Of a stretch of 64,000 nucleotides of DNA, positions 31,965 to 43,301 are shown piece by piece (the stretch's first letter is position 1; the number at the start of each line of letters is the position of its first letter). The translations under genes and the position numbers were made by a program. The stretch covers positions 4,499 through 68,498 of the forward strand of contig JAJRUN010000052.1 of the NCBI GenBank assembly GCA_024277755.1, written 5' to 3'. Origin of the DNA: Gammaproteobacteria bacterium (GTDB lineage: Bacteria > Pseudomonadota > Gammaproteobacteria > Tenderiales > Tenderiaceae). Under the pieces are notes generated by a model. That model made no database searches. It was not told the DNA's origin and worked only from the letters and a program-made list of their open reading frames with translations.

Positions 31965-33425
31965 CTATTCATCTGGCAATCTAACCGCCAAAAACAACGA
32001 GCCGTCACGCCGTTTAACCAGCACAGCCACAGGTTTCCCTCCCGGCAATTCAGCGGTTATTTTACGGAAGTGTTTGGCATCATTGATGTTTTTATTGTCT
32101 ATCATGACAATCACATCACCCTCCCTAATACCCGCGTCACTGGCTGGCCCAGCCTTCACAGCCGTTACCAAAACCCCTTTATCACTCAAATCCAACTCAT
32201 CACGCTGTTCCTCAGTGAGATCAGCAACATCGATTTTAAAACGTTGATCCTTGGCGCTATCTGGCTCGACAGATGCCACTTCCAGTTCATCAGAACCTGG
32301 TAATTCACCAATACTGACTTTCAGCGTTTTTAGTTTGCCATTGCGAATGACCTTAACAGGGACATCCTTATTAATGGGTGTAACACCCACCATTGGTGGC
32401 AACGAGGCTGAAGTCTGCACCTCTTTACCATTAAATTCGATAATGATATCCCCCACCTCAAAACCGGCAGCAACAGCAGGGCTATCAGGCAAGATTTGAG
32501 AAACCAGGGCACCAATGGGCTTATCCATTTCAAATGATTCCGCCAGCTCACGTGTGACATCCTGGATTAACACCCCTAACCAGCCACGAGTAACATGCCC
32601 AACGTCCTTGAGCTGATCAACCACGTCCATGGCCAAGTCAATAGGAATGGTAAACGACAAGCCCATAAAACCACCGGTGCGACTATAAATTTGAGCATTC
32701 ACACCAACCACTTCACCCGCCATATTAAACAAAGGCCCGCCTGAGTTACCCGGATTGATCGCAACATCAGTCTGGATAAATGGCACATAGTTTTCATTTG
32801 GCAGACTGCGACGTAGCGCACTGACAATCCCTGACGTCACTGTGTGATCAAAATCAAACGGCGAACCAATCGCCACAACCCACTCGCCAACCCTCAACTT
32901 GGTAGAGTCACCTATCTTAACCACAGGCAGATTATTGGCATCAACCTTGAGCAGCGCAACATCACTACGTTTATCGCTACCGACCACTTCAGCCACCAGC
33001 TCGCGACGATCACTCAAACGAACAATAATTTCATCCGCATCACGAATGACGTGATGATTAGTCAATATGTAACCATCTTTTGAAATGATAAACCCGGAAC
33101 CCAGAGAGTAAGAATCATATTCACGTGGCGGCATTTCCGGACCTTTGTGCGGGGGACGCTGCTGTTCAAAAAACCGGCGAAAAAACTCATCAAAAGGAGT
33201 GCCATCCGGCATATTTGGCAACATCCCGTGTGGAAAACCACGCTGTTGATTCACTTGAACCTTTTGACTGGTACTAATATTAACAACGGCAGCGCTATTG
33301 GCATCAACGATAGAGACAAAGTCAGGCAAATCAGTGGCAGCACTCAACCTCGGCACAACACCGGCAATCACGCTCAATAAAACTGCAAATACGATACTTA
33401 CTGATTTATGTTTAACCCTCATCAA
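31965..33425 (-). CDS. periplasmic serine endoprotease DegP/MucD (HtrA family, two PDZ domains)
   Basis: 486 aa; signal peptide; catalytic triad context (TNHHV..., D..., GNSGGPL); two PDZ domains. Position after rseC, as mucD is in Pseudomonas. Confidence 0.9.
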   Translation of the reverse strand: MMRVKHKSVSIVFAVLLSVIAGVVPRLSAATDLPDFVSIVDANSAAVVNISTSQKVQVNQQRGFPHGMLPNMPDGTPFDEFFRRFFEQQRPPHKGPEMPPREYDSYSLGSGFIISKDGYILTNHHVIRDADEIIVRLSDRRELVAEVVGSDKRSDVALLKVDANNLPVVKIGDSTKLRVGEWVVAIGSPFDFDHTVTSGIVSALRRSLPNENYVPFIQTDVAINPGNSGGPLFNMAGEVVGVNAQIYSRTGGFMGLSFTIPIDLAMDVVDQLKDVGHVTRGWLGVLIQDVTRELAESFEMDKPIGALVSQILPDSPAVAAGFEVGDIIIEFNGKEVQTSASLPPMVGVTPINKDVPVKVIRNGKLKTLKVSIGELPGSDELEVASVEPDSAKDQRFKIDVADLTEEQRDELDLSDKGVLVTAVKAGPASDAGIREGDVIVMIDNKNINDAKHFRKITAELPGGKPVAVLVKRRDGSLFLAVRLPDE

Positions 33426-33462
33426 TGCTTCTCTCCTTCTGTAAATATTTCAACACAAACGG

Positions 33463-33945
33463 TCACTTTATACCCGTAATCGTGTACTCAAGGGCCTGAT
33501 CGCAATAACGCAAAACGATTAGTTGATAGCGCTCATCATTGGAAATTCGACGGCTGAACAGTCTGACTAGATAAAACCCTAATAACAAACCTGCAATACC
33601 AAAGATAGCAATCAAGCCATCTGCCTGCTCAAACGCCATCTTGTTCGCCAGCACATCACCCAACATCGCCATCAAAAACAACCCCAGCAAAGGCAATCCA
33701 TAAACAGCCAATGAGCCTCGTACCAGCGCCTCTTCCTGCAAGCCAAGCACGACCGTTTCACCCGGGGTGGCATTCAGTTGATTCAAGGCTTTTACACGAC
33801 TGAAGCGATTGGCGTAGACCTTAGACAAGGCCCCGGTGCCACAGCCTTTATTAGCCGAGCAACTGGAGCAGGCACTACTGCGCTCTGTCTCAACCCAGGC
33901 ATAATCACCATCGCAAGAAATAATCTGCCCTGTTTCTTCAATCAT
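33463..33945 (-). CDS. rseC: sigma-E regulatory protein RseC/MucC
   Basis: 160 aa; N-terminal Cys cluster (CSSCSANKGCG), two C-terminal TM helices. Confidence 0.8.
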   Translation of the reverse strand: MIEETGQIISCDGDYAWVETERSSACSSCSANKGCGTGALSKVYANRFSRVKALNQLNATPGETVVLGLQEEALVRGSLAVYGLPLLGLFLMAMLGDVLANKMAFEQADGLIAIFGIAGLLLGFYLVRLFSRRISNDERYQLIVLRYCDQALEYTITGIK

Positions 33946-34880
33946 TGAGACGCGGTTACCAACTTAATCGATTGACCAATGGTTGTCACAGTCACCTCAG
34001 GCACATCACCAACCACTGTGATTTGATAACCAGCATCAACATTGCCAAAAGCACTGACTGCCCCCATCTGCGAAAGCCCAACAAAGGCCTCTCCTTCAGA
34101 TTTTACCCGTTCTATAAAGACAGAAACAGATGCCAGGCCATCACTATAAACGCTGTGATCAAAACCTTTATTAGGATTATTTGAATAGGCATCCAGCAGA
34201 ACAAATCCCTTTGGCAAACCGCCAACTACCCATCTGCTTTTTGGCATAACCGGTTCAATATTGGCCGCGGGATCTGGCATAGCAAAACTATTTTCAACAC
34301 CTGTGGCATCGGCAATTTTCTCCGGCGGCAGCAATTCCAGTGAAGTAAACATTACCTGCTCAATAACATCACCCTTCTGATCCAGTAAATCAGATTTAAG
34401 CAACAGGCCTGTCGCCTGGTCCAGCCAGAGACGATAGCCATAACGGTATTCATCCTTGGGCATAACCGACACTAACTGCGTAACGCGCCCCGCAGCACGG
34501 TCATTACCAAGCAGTTTGAGAGTGTAATAATGATCTATATTTGCAAGCTGGCTTGCAGCATCAGCCTTAACCAGCGGGGTAACACGCATCTCACTACGGG
34601 CCTCACCGGTTAGCGTCTCAAGCACCTCCCGAGTCCCTTGCCCATCAACCACATGAGTAACCTTCATAGCCGCCAAGTCTTCATCGCGACGATAAATAAA
34701 AACCCCTTGGTAATTTTGTTCCTGCAGAGCAACAGACATCCTTTCTAACCACTGGCCAGGTGAGACAGTTTCACCTGCGCCAGCGCAGACAGTGAAAAAC
34801 AGCGCCAGAAACGCAACGCAATAACGGTTCAACACTTTAAAATCTGCTTTATTAATGACTACCATCGGGGAAGAATCCAC
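33942..34880 (-). CDS. rseB: sigma-E regulatory protein RseB/MucB
   Basis: 312 aa periplasmic protein with signal peptide; position between rseA and rseC; 4-nt overlap with rseC. Confidence 0.8.
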   Translation of the reverse strand: MDSSPMVVINKADFKVLNRYCVAFLALFFTVCAGAGETVSPGQWLERMSVALQEQNYQGVFIYRRDEDLAAMKVTHVVDGQGTREVLETLTGEARSEMRVTPLVKADAASQLANIDHYYTLKLLGNDRAAGRVTQLVSVMPKDEYRYGYRLWLDQATGLLLKSDLLDQKGDVIEQVMFTSLELLPPEKIADATGVENSFAMPDPAANIEPVMPKSRWVVGGLPKGFVLLDAYSNNPNKGFDHSVYSDGLASVSVFIERVKSEGEAFVGLSQMGAVSAFGNVDAGYQITVVGDVPEVTVTTIGQSIKLVTASQ

Positions 34881-34929
34881 ATTACAACAAAAACCTTACC
34901 ACCAATGTGACTGAATGGCATTTTAATAA

Positions 34930-35559
34930 CTATTCACCATTGACCGGGCGACTAACCACCAAACGCGCTTGGGGAATGAACGCTGGCCGCACCGCCCCGG
35001 CCACATTGCGATGACTGTAGAGGTAATTATTCAGTTTGGATTCAAGTGCGGGTTTACTGGTACTCCACTGCTGCCCCTGTACTGTCTGAATCCCAGGCTG
35101 ATGACTTGGATTGGACGCAAATTGCTGGGCAGACGGCATAACAATGCTGGGGGCGCTGGCCATTCGCGAACCGGCTGCCTGCTCATCAACGGCAATCATC
35201 CCCACGCCAACATAGGCCACCATAGCCACCGACGCGGCAAGGGCAAAACCGGTAAAAGGATTGGCAATCGGGTGACGATGCTTGGCAACACTACGACTCG
35301 TTTTTGGTTTTAGTGTGGTTGCCTCAGGTGCTGACAGGTCTTCGTTAGCAATCGCCTGACTAACATTTTTGACAAAATCTCGATTCAGGGTGGTCGGCAG
35401 GTTATTTCTCAGGGCGTCACCAATAATGTGATATTGCTCCCAGCAGTCGCGTTGTTCAGGGTCATTACGCATTTCGCGCAGAGACCGCTGCATTTCCTGC
35501 TCGTCGAGTTCACCATCCATTAATGCCGAAATGTCTTCTTTCATAGTTGTTTCCGCCAT
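34930..35559 (-). CDS. rseA: anti-sigma-E factor RseA/MucA
   Basis: 209 aa; N-terminal ALMDGELDE...W..YHLIGD motif of the RseA sigma-E-binding domain; central TM helix. Confidence 0.8.
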   Translation of the reverse strand: MAETTMKEDISALMDGELDEQEMQRSLREMRNDPEQRDCWEQYHIIGDALRNNLPTTLNRDFVKNVSQAIANEDLSAPEATTLKPKTSRSVAKHRHPIANPFTGFALAASVAMVAYVGVGMIAVDEQAAGSRMASAPSIVMPSAQQFASNPSHQPGIQTVQGQQWSTSKPALESKLNNYLYSHRNVAGAVRPAFIPQARLVVSRPVNGE

Positions 35560-35582
35560 GTGTCTCTTGATTGGATACTATT

Positions 35583-36155
35583 TTACAACAATGGTTCCAA
35601 TTGTTTCTGAATCGCTTCACGCGCCCTAAAAATACGTGACCTTACCGTGCCCACGGGACACCCCATGGCCTCCGCAATCTCATCGTAGCTCAGACCTTCC
35701 AATTCACGCAGAGTAATCGCAGTCCGCAAATCCTCTGGTAGCTTTTGTATTGTCTCCACCACGACCCGCTCAACTTCACTCTTTTGCAGCAAACCTTCTG
35801 GCGTCTCATAATCCTTAAGATCATCATAATTGCCATATTGTTCCGCATCCTGAATATCAACATCCGTCTTTGGTGGCCTGCGCCCCTGTGCCACCAGGTG
35901 GTTTTTTGCCGTGTTAATGGCTATTCGATACAACCAGGTATAAAAGGCGCTATCGCCCCTGAAGTTTGGCAGCGCCCGATAAGCCTTGATAAATGCCTCT
36001 TGCGCCACATCATAAACCTCCGCTGAATCATAGACATAGCGCGAGATGAGATTAACCACCCGATTTTGGTATTTAAGCACCAACAAATCAAAGGCAGCCT
36101 TATCTCCTCCCTGCACACGCTCCACTAACGCCTGGTCCGCTTTATAATCTGTCAT
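35583..36155 (-). CDS. rpoE: RNA polymerase sigma factor RpoE (sigma-24/AlgU)
   Basis: Starts MTDYKADQALVERVQGGDKAAFDLLVLKYQNRV (ECF region 2), region 4 present. ORF track adds 3 upstream codons. Confidence 0.9.
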   Translation of the reverse strand: MTDYKADQALVERVQGGDKAAFDLLVLKYQNRVVNLISRYVYDSAEVYDVAQEAFIKAYRALPNFRGDSAFYTWLYRIAINTAKNHLVAQGRRPPKTDVDIQDAEQYGNYDDLKDYETPEGLLQKSEVERVVVETIQKLPEDLRTAITLRELEGLSYDEIAEAMGCPVGTVRSRIFRAREAIQKQLEPLL

Positions 36156-36463
36156 GCAGACCACCCATACTGTTATTATTAGTCTTCATTATTTGCCAAC
36201 GAATAGACCGTCCAATCCTCCCGGGGTTCAGTTCAGCGAAAAAAAACATATTATGAGACCTTTGCACGTCACAATCACGAGTAAAAATGGCTAATATTCT
36301 CCTGCTTTTCGTTAGAAAACTTGTCAATAGCTCGCTATTAACTGCATTTTCTGCCTCAATCAGAAAAATATTAGCTCATTTTTCTTTCGCGCCTGGATCG
36401 TGCAAAGATCCCATTATATGATAAGTCTTTGAAAATATTTATTCTTATTGCACTCCAACTGAC

Positions 36464-38134
36464 ATGACACAATTACACTATGACGCCATCATCATTGGCG
36501 GAGGGGCTGCGGGCCTGAGCCTGGCATTACACTTAGCCAGCAAAGCAAAGATCGCAGTCATCACCAAAGGGGCACTGCACGAAGGTGCCACCTATTATGC
36601 CCAAGGTGGCATATCTGCTGTATTGGATGCCAAAGACTCGGTTGAATCACACATTGAAGATACCCAGCAGGCTGGTGCAGGCCTATGCGACCCTGATGTG
36701 GTGCGCTACACCGTTGAACATGGCCGTGAGGCCATTGACTGGCTAGTGGAATGCGGCGTCGATTTTGACCGCAAAACCCAGGCAGATGGCAGTTATGATT
36801 TCCACCTGACTCGTGAAGGCGGACACAGCCACCGCCGCGTACTGCACGCCTCTGATGCGACCGGCAAAGAAATCCAAAATAGCCTTGTCAGTCAACTCAA
36901 AAATCACGCCAATATTGATGTCCTGGAAAACCATATCGTCATCGATCTCATCACAGATGAAAACAATCGCAATCAAGGCTGCTATGTACTAGACAGACAA
37001 AACCAGCAAGTCACCACGCTTGCCTGCCGCTTTACTGTGCTCGCCACTGGCGGAGCCGGCAAGGTATATCTCTACACCAGCAACCCGGATGTATCCACCG
37101 GCGACGGCATTGCCATGGCCTGGCGCGCCGGTTGCCAAGTCGCCAACATGGAATTCGTGCAATTCCACCCCACCTGTCTTTATCATCCCAAGGCAAAGTC
37201 GTTTTTGATCACCGAAGCCATCCGCGGTGAAGGAGGCATTCTTAAGCTCCCAGACGGCACACGTTTCATGCCCAGTTTTCATCCCGACGCCGAACTGGCA
37301 CCACGTGACGTCGTCGCCCGCGCCATCGATCATGAAATGAAGCGCCTGGGTATCGACTGTGTTTATCTTGATATAAGCCACCAGGCGGCTGACTTCATTC
37401 GTACACACTTCCCCAACGTCTACACCAAATGTCTGACGTTCGGCATCAACATCACCCAAGAACCTATTCCTGTGGTTCCAGCAGCACACTACACCTGTGG
37501 AGGCGTCATCACCAACATGCATGGGCAAACCGATATAGCCAACCTCTACGCCATTGGTGAAACCGCCTTTACCGGGCTGCATGGTGCCAACCGTATGGCC
37601 AGCAACTCCCTACTTGAATGTTTGGTATTCGCCAAGGCCGCCGGACAGGACATAGCCAAACGCCTTAATGAGACCTATGCCCCCCCTAAACTACCCGAAT
37701 GGGATGCCAGCCGGGTAACCGAATCACCCGAAGAGATAGTCATCGCCCATGATTGGGACGAACTACGCCGTGTCATGTGGAATTATGTCGGTATCGTCCG
37801 TACCAACAAACGCTTGCAACGCGCATATAAACGAATACAGGTACTGCAAAAAGAGATCGACGAATACTACGCCAGCCATACCGTTAACAACGACTCACTG
37901 GAACTACGCAACCTGGTGCTTGTTGCAGAATTAATCGTACGTTCAGCCATACAACGTAAAGAAAGTCGTGGTCTGCATTACACGCTGGATTATCCTATGA
38001 CGGATAACAACAACCTACACAACACTATTCTAATCCCAGAAAACCCACATCATGCCCCACAACAATCAATAGAACCGATTAGGGATGACGCCGCTTCAGA
38101 TCAGCCAACCATAACGCCACCCGCTCCTTGTTGA
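36464..38134 (+). CDS. nadB: L-aspartate oxidase
   Basis: 556 aa; FAD-binding [13 protein letters not shown]; divergent from rpoE as in E. coli and Pseudomonas. Confidence 0.9.
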   Translation: MTQLHYDAIIIGGGAAGLSLALHLASKAKIAVITKGALHEGATYYAQGGISAVLDAKDSVESHIEDTQQAGAGLCDPDVVRYTVEHGREAIDWLVECGVDFDRKTQADGSYDFHLTREGGHSHRRVLHASDATGKEIQNSLVSQLKNHANIDVLENHIVIDLITDENNRNQGCYVLDRQNQQVTTLACRFTVLATGGAGKVYLYTSNPDVSTGDGIAMAWRAGCQVANMEFVQFHPTCLYHPKAKSFLITEAIRGEGGILKLPDGTRFMPSFHPDAELAPRDVVARAIDHEMKRLGIDCVYLDISHQAADFIRTHFPNVYTKCLTFGINITQEPIPVVPAAHYTCGGVITNMHGQTDIANLYAIGETAFTGLHGANRMASNSLLECLVFAKAAGQDIAKRLNETYAPPKLPEWDASRVTESPEEIVIAHDWDELRRVMWNYVGIVRTNKRLQRAYKRIQVLQKEIDEYYASHTVNNDSLELRNLVLVAELIVRSAIQRKESRGLHYTLDYPMTDNNNLHNTILIPENPHHAPQQSIEPIRDDAASDQPTITPPAPC

Positions 38135-38630
38135 GTTCACTCATGCCTAAATAGTACTGATAATATTTAATTGCCACCACAGGCTGCTGTAAATAAAGGT
38201 CATACAAAACAGCCAGATTCAAAACCGGATCAGAATAGCCAGCATCCTTATCAACGGCTTGAAGATAAGCTGACTCCGCATCCTTAAAACGCCCCACAGA
38301 ACGATAAAAAATGGCGGCAGCATTATAAATTTTTGCACTTTCTGGCTGCAATTGAATTGCCTCATCAAAGGCAGCCGCCGCTTGTTCTGTCAAACCCTGG
38401 CGCTGATACAACAAGCCAAGATTGGCATACGGACCAGCGAGCCCAGGGTAGTCCAGAGTCATTTTTAAAAACTGCTCAATCGCCGTATCATCCTGACCAG
38501 CCTGCATAACAGCCAGTGAAAGCCGGTAATCATCTTCGGCCACAGCACTCTGGTGCTGCTTAGGTATAGCAGTACAGGCAGCCAAGATCAGAATCAGCAA
38601 TAAACATAAAATTCGCTTAATGCAAATCAT
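38079..38630 (-). CDS. TPR-repeat lipoprotein (small)
   Basis: Likely start [19 protein letters not shown] (lipobox LAAC); TPR-like helices. Overlaps the 3' end of nadB convergently. Last gene of a 7-gene minus-strand operon. Confidence 0.55.
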   Translation of the reverse strand: MICIKRILCLLLILILAACTAIPKQHQSAVAEDDYRLSLAVMQAGQDDTAIEQFLKMTLDYPGLAGPYANLGLLYQRQGLTEQAAAAFDEAIQLQPESAKIYNAAAIFYRSVGRFKDAESAYLQAVDKDAGYSDPVLNLAVLYDLYLQQPVVAIKYYQYYLGMSELNKERVALWLADLKRRHP

Positions 38631-41415
38631 CAACCACCTCAATAATCAATTCCTGCTTGGCGTATTTCACCGGCAATAATTTTGCCAAGGTAGCAAACGA
38701 TTTGGCCACCCATTCGGTATACACCCCATCTCCAACACGATCAATATTCGACTCAAGAAACTTGATCGCCTGCTCTTCAAACGGATAAGCCTGTTCCTCA
38801 AGCATCATCTCATACTGCTCCATCTCTTCATCATCAAGCCCGGCAGGACGCGATGACTCAAGCAGGGCAATACTTAACTTAAAATATACCTCACCGATTC
38901 TACGATTTGCCGCCGTGACAAACTCAGCATAACCATAGCGGCTTGTTTTATCATAGGCCGCCAAAGCAAGTTCCATCTTCTTTTTCTTATTGGCAAGGTT
39001 TTTACGTAGCGGTTCAACCAATTTAATTAAATCAAACTCGATAAAACTTGCTTCAGCCAATATTAATGATGCACTGGCTGCATAGTATTGAATCACCTCA
39101 TTTTGCTGCGCCGCAACAAGTCCAGCGTTTTTAACAATCTGGTTCAGCCAATAATCACGCTTATCAAATTGACCAAGCTGTGTATAAATTTCCGACAACT
39201 GTGAACGCACATAAAACTTCTGCTCAGAGACACCGGGATATCGATACACATAGCGTTTATAAACAGCAATAGCCTTGAGTAAATGATTTACCTGTCGATA
39301 CAACTGGCCAGACTGTAGCAAGGCTTCTTGCTGGACGTCAGTATCCCGGCTACGATTGGCAATCTGCTCATAGGCATTAGCTGCATCCGCAGTCCTTTCC
39401 AATTTTAAATAGACATAAGCAAGCTTAACCGGAACCTCAGACTGTAATTCATGCCCTGGATAAGCCGTTTGAAATTTTTCCAGCAAGCCTGCTGCCTGAC
39501 GCCACTCTTCCATACCAATCAGCGCAGCTGCCGCATCATATTTTGCCTGGGCAACAAGTTTACTATTGGCCGCAACGGCCTCTATTCTAAGCAGATGTTC
39601 TACAGCCAGGCGCATCTCACCGCGTTCCAGAAAAGCCTCTGCCTGTTTATAAATAGAGGATGCCAGCCATTCCTCAGACTCGAGTGTCTGGCCACCCAAT
39701 TCACTCTGATAATTGAGTGCCCGCTGATAGGCCATTTCGGCCTGAAGAAAATCCTGATTCTGAAAACTGATATGCCCCACCATCATCCAGGCAGAAAAGG
39801 CATCCTCAGATACAAGTTCTTGAGGGCCATCTAGCAACAACTTAAGCAGCAACATCGCTTTGTCATTATCACCCCGATCAAAATCATCACTGGCAAGTGA
39901 CAACACTGTATTCGGCACACGCCGGTCATCAGGAAAATGAGAGATAAATTTCTGCGCACTCTGATGTAATCGTTGACGCCAACTATCTGCCTCACTCTCT
40001 ACACCGACCTCTAACTGTTTTTGATAGCTTAAAATGGCGCTATAAGCCGCCCCTGCTGCCCACTCATTATTTGGATAAAAATAAGCAACCTGTTCAAATT
40101 CGTCACCCGCTTCCTGATAGTGTCGGTTATCAAATAAAATTTCAGCAAATAAAAAGTGTTTTTCAACCGCATTAGCTTGCGAATGAAAATTTTTAAGATA
40201 GACCTGATACCAATTAACCGCTGCATTAAAGTCTGACTCCAGCTTGGCCTTCTGAAAACGCGCATGATAAAAGTCAGTCAAGTCATTCAAATAAGCCATG
40301 GCAAAATCAGAAATATAGACAGCATACTCAATAGAAAAACCAATCACTGTCTCGCCACGATACCAATGTTGATTAAGAAATTCTTCCTTGGCCTTTATCA
40401 CTTGCGTTTGATCATTAAGAACCCGATAAGCATCCACCAGCCTCAATTGAAATATAGCAGCACTGTAGGACTTCGGATAACGGGCGATATAGGCAGCATA
40501 GGTCTGCACTTCATCCAGATAACGCTCATCTTTATGATATAGCTCCGCCAGACTCTGAAAGATTAAATGAATGTGCTCTGCCTGAGCATATTTATGACTG
40601 AAATATTCTAACTCGTGAATATCATTTTTCAAGGCGAAAATTAAAGTCATACCACGCAGAATATCAGTCAGAATTTCTAGATCTGCCTTGCCAATATCAA
40701 TAGGTTTACCGTTGATCTGATCAAATTCAACCTGATCAAGTTTCAAATCAAGCAACTGAAAAAATGATTCCAGAGCATCATCAAATCGATCCTGTTTAAA
40801 AGCAGCCCAACTGAATTTGAGCAGGCTTTGTTCATAAAACGGCCTACCCTTACCCTTCTCAACCACAACTGAATATAAGGTCGCTGCCTGATCGTAATTG
40901 CCATCCAGAAAGTTTAATTCTGCAATCCTGAAATTGGCTTCAGAAAAATAGCGACTATTTTGATGCTGGCTAACCAACCTTAATAACAGCTGAGCAGTCT
41001 TATCAATTTCACCCCGCTTGTCATAGACCCGGGCAAGTTGATAGAGAACCAAATCAGTCTCTGAATAATTAGGATAACTATTTAGCAACTCTTCGTAAAT
41101 TAAAATGGCCTCAGGGTATTCATTGATTTTCTCAACACCACTGCCATCTGCCTGTTTTATTTCACGCTGCTCACCATAATCCAGCAACAAATCAGCAAGC
41201 CGATGCATGGCTTGTGGCCGAAACGGGTTATCAACAGAAAACACCAACAACTGCCGATAAGATTTAATTGTTTCAAGTGGCGAAATTTGCAACGGTTGTT
41301 GCCTATCAGGCTTTACATCAGTACCTTCAAGCTCAGACAGTGTCACACCAGAATATTTTGAACTGCTGCAAGCAACAAGAAAGAGAACCATCATCCCAAT
41401 GAACAAGGGTTTCAC
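38617..41415 (-). CDS. large TPR-repeat lipoprotein (932 aa)
   Basis: Signal/lipobox MMVLFLVACSS; numerous TPR-like repeats throughout. Size and architecture resemble PEP-CTERM-type TPR lipoproteins, but no exosortase is present here. Confidence 0.6.
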   Translation of the reverse strand: MKPLFIGMMVLFLVACSSSKYSGVTLSELEGTDVKPDRQQPLQISPLETIKSYRQLLVFSVDNPFRPQAMHRLADLLLDYGEQREIKQADGSGVEKINEYPEAILIYEELLNSYPNYSETDLVLYQLARVYDKRGEIDKTAQLLLRLVSQHQNSRYFSEANFRIAELNFLDGNYDQAATLYSVVVEKGKGRPFYEQSLLKFSWAAFKQDRFDDALESFFQLLDLKLDQVEFDQINGKPIDIGKADLEILTDILRGMTLIFALKNDIHELEYFSHKYAQAEHIHLIFQSLAELYHKDERYLDEVQTYAAYIARYPKSYSAAIFQLRLVDAYRVLNDQTQVIKAKEEFLNQHWYRGETVIGFSIEYAVYISDFAMAYLNDLTDFYHARFQKAKLESDFNAAVNWYQVYLKNFHSQANAVEKHFLFAEILFDNRHYQEAGDEFEQVAYFYPNNEWAAGAAYSAILSYQKQLEVGVESEADSWRQRLHQSAQKFISHFPDDRRVPNTVLSLASDDFDRGDNDKAMLLLKLLLDGPQELVSEDAFSAWMMVGHISFQNQDFLQAEMAYQRALNYQSELGGQTLESEEWLASSIYKQAEAFLERGEMRLAVEHLLRIEAVAANSKLVAQAKYDAAAALIGMEEWRQAAGLLEKFQTAYPGHELQSEVPVKLAYVYLKLERTADAANAYEQIANRSRDTDVQQEALLQSGQLYRQVNHLLKAIAVYKRYVYRYPGVSEQKFYVRSQLSEIYTQLGQFDKRDYWLNQIVKNAGLVAAQQNEVIQYYAASASLILAEASFIEFDLIKLVEPLRKNLANKKKKMELALAAYDKTSRYGYAEFVTAANRRIGEVYFKLSIALLESSRPAGLDDEEMEQYEMMLEEQAYPFEEQAIKFLESNIDRVGDGVYTEWVAKSFATLAKLLPVKYAKQELIIEVVDDLH

Positions 41416-43295
41416 TGACCGTCCTCATCAATCTTCAGATTAATATCGTAAATATGCGCGACTGAGAGCAGTGCTTGAGAACGATATATTTCAATTTTTT
41501 CTTTAACTACAACCAGCTCATCAACAAGCATGGAATGCAAATAAGCATCATACTGTTGCAGTAAAGAATCAACCTGATCCGCTGCTGTTTTCAGCTGCTG
41601 GGCGACAGTCGCCAACCGCTGCCTATGGCCATCGTAGTTCTGCGGCAGGGACTTTATGATTTCTTTTATATTTCTTTTATATTGATCAGCGTGACTGTTT
41701 TTCTTTTCTAACTCAGACAGATTATTTTTTATATTTCTAAGTCGAATTTTATAACGGGTCATCAAATCCCACTTTAACAACCCAGCCAGCAGACGATTTT
41801 TATGCTGCAGATCCGCCATTCGACCAAGCAGTTCTGCAGGTTTTAGTTTTCCTTCGAAATTTTCAAGGCTATATGTAATCCGCTCATTTACACGACGAAA
41901 CTGATGCAAGTTTTTCAGCTCAGTAGAATCAGCAAGCGCCAGGGCGTCCTCATCCATTTCTATCACCGAAATTCTGGCAGAAAACACCTGAATGGCCTTA
42001 CTGTGATTCTGCTCTGACAACTGTTTAAGCCTGTCCATGGCCCTTGGCTTAAGTTCGGAATTGGCCGAAACTTTCACATCAACAATATCATCAAAGACAT
42101 GAATGCTTGTCAGCCATTTACCCAGGTTTTTTTTAATAAACAGTAAATCCCGATAATTTTTCAGGCTCTCCTGAAATTTATGACTAGAGATAAATTCCAG
42201 AATATATGGGCTCTGCAATACCCCCTCCAACACATCATGCTGCCAGTACCAACCGATCTCATCGTCAGAATCAAGTTCGACCATAGCCAAAATCAATTCA
42301 GAAAAATCTGTTATTTCAAGCTGCTGATCAATCGAATTCAACTGCTGATGATACACATCAATGGCCTTTTTATATTCAGCCAACGAGTCCGAATAGTTCC
42401 CGGTTTGATATAACAAATATGGTTTGGCCAGATAGGCTTCAAGTATATTGACATCAATAGGCTCACGATCTGCCAGTTCAGACCAGGCCGTATTGGCAAT
42501 GGCAAACTCATTGATACCGAATGCCGACCAGCCTAGCCCTAACAAGGCTGGATTTGAAAATCGGCCATGCAATTCAATCTGGCCAAAATACTGACTAGCC
42601 AGCTCAAACTGTTGGTTTTTCAGGTGCAGGTTTGCTAACAACAAATTGACCCTATCAATCAAAGCTGCAGACTCCGCATCTTGCCTCGGCACTGCCGCAA
42701 CCTTATTCAGCAGCGTTATGGCTAATGCCTGATCACCCTGTTTGAGAAGTGAAATGGCTAGATTTGAACGGGCATAAACAGAGTTTTTATTTCCTTTGAT
42801 CTGTTTTTCTAAAAACTCAATGGCTTGCTCAACCTTGTTAATCTTCATCAAGCTAAGCGCCGTCAAGGTCAGGCGTTCATCTTCAAGCTTTCCAGGCAAT
42901 GGTAAAGTTATTTTTTCAAGATGATCATAGGCTAACTGATAATAGCCTCGCTGAAATTGAATCTTCGCCAGATAAAACCAGGCACGATCTCGCGACTGCT
43001 TATCAACCGCGGTCTCAAGAACACGATTGAATATCTGTTCTGCATTTCGCTGCAGGCCATATCCCAGATATAAGCTGCCAAGCAAGGCCTTAGCCTCAAG
43101 AGCATCAACCGCCAACGTGCCTTGGCTCAGTCCCTTTTCAAGTTGAATAATGGCGCTAAAGAACTTTTGCTGGTTGAAATTAAACAGCACCTCGCCATAA
43201 AAAGGGCTGTTGACTCGTTGAACATCTGCCTTAATCGGAGTAATGAATAAACAGAATAACGTCAGCAGCAATACAAAAAACTGAATAACACCCAT
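41412..43295 (-). CDS. secreted TPR-repeat / coiled-coil protein (627 aa)
   Basis: Signal peptide; N-terminal TPR repeats; C-terminal long coiled-coil-like region (K/E/L-rich). Confidence 0.55.
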   Translation of the reverse strand: MGVIQFFVLLLTLFCLFITPIKADVQRVNSPFYGEVLFNFNQQKFFSAIIQLEKGLSQGTLAVDALEAKALLGSLYLGYGLQRNAEQIFNRVLETAVDKQSRDRAWFYLAKIQFQRGYYQLAYDHLEKITLPLPGKLEDERLTLTALSLMKINKVEQAIEFLEKQIKGNKNSVYARSNLAISLLKQGDQALAITLLNKVAAVPRQDAESAALIDRVNLLLANLHLKNQQFELASQYFGQIELHGRFSNPALLGLGWSAFGINEFAIANTAWSELADREPIDVNILEAYLAKPYLLYQTGNYSDSLAEYKKAIDVYHQQLNSIDQQLEITDFSELILAMVELDSDDEIGWYWQHDVLEGVLQSPYILEFISSHKFQESLKNYRDLLFIKKNLGKWLTSIHVFDDIVDVKVSANSELKPRAMDRLKQLSEQNHSKAIQVFSARISVIEMDEDALALADSTELKNLHQFRRVNERITYSLENFEGKLKPAELLGRMADLQHKNRLLAGLLKWDLMTRYKIRLRNIKNNLSELEKKNSHADQYKRNIKEIIKSLPQNYDGHRQRLATVAQQLKTAADQVDSLLQQYDAYLHSMLVDELVVVKEKIEIYRSQALLSVAHIYDINLKIDEDGQ

Positions 43296-43301
43296 GCCCC
43301 A

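Noticed and set aside
38617-43295. Considered that the large TPR proteins might be FimV/TspA or cellulose-synthase BcsC-like
   Set aside because: There is no LysM domain, no acidic cytoplasmic TPR tail typical of FimV, and no C-terminal OM beta-barrel as in BcsC or PelB. No neighbouring glycosyltransferase or pilus genes. Left as generic TPR scaffolds.
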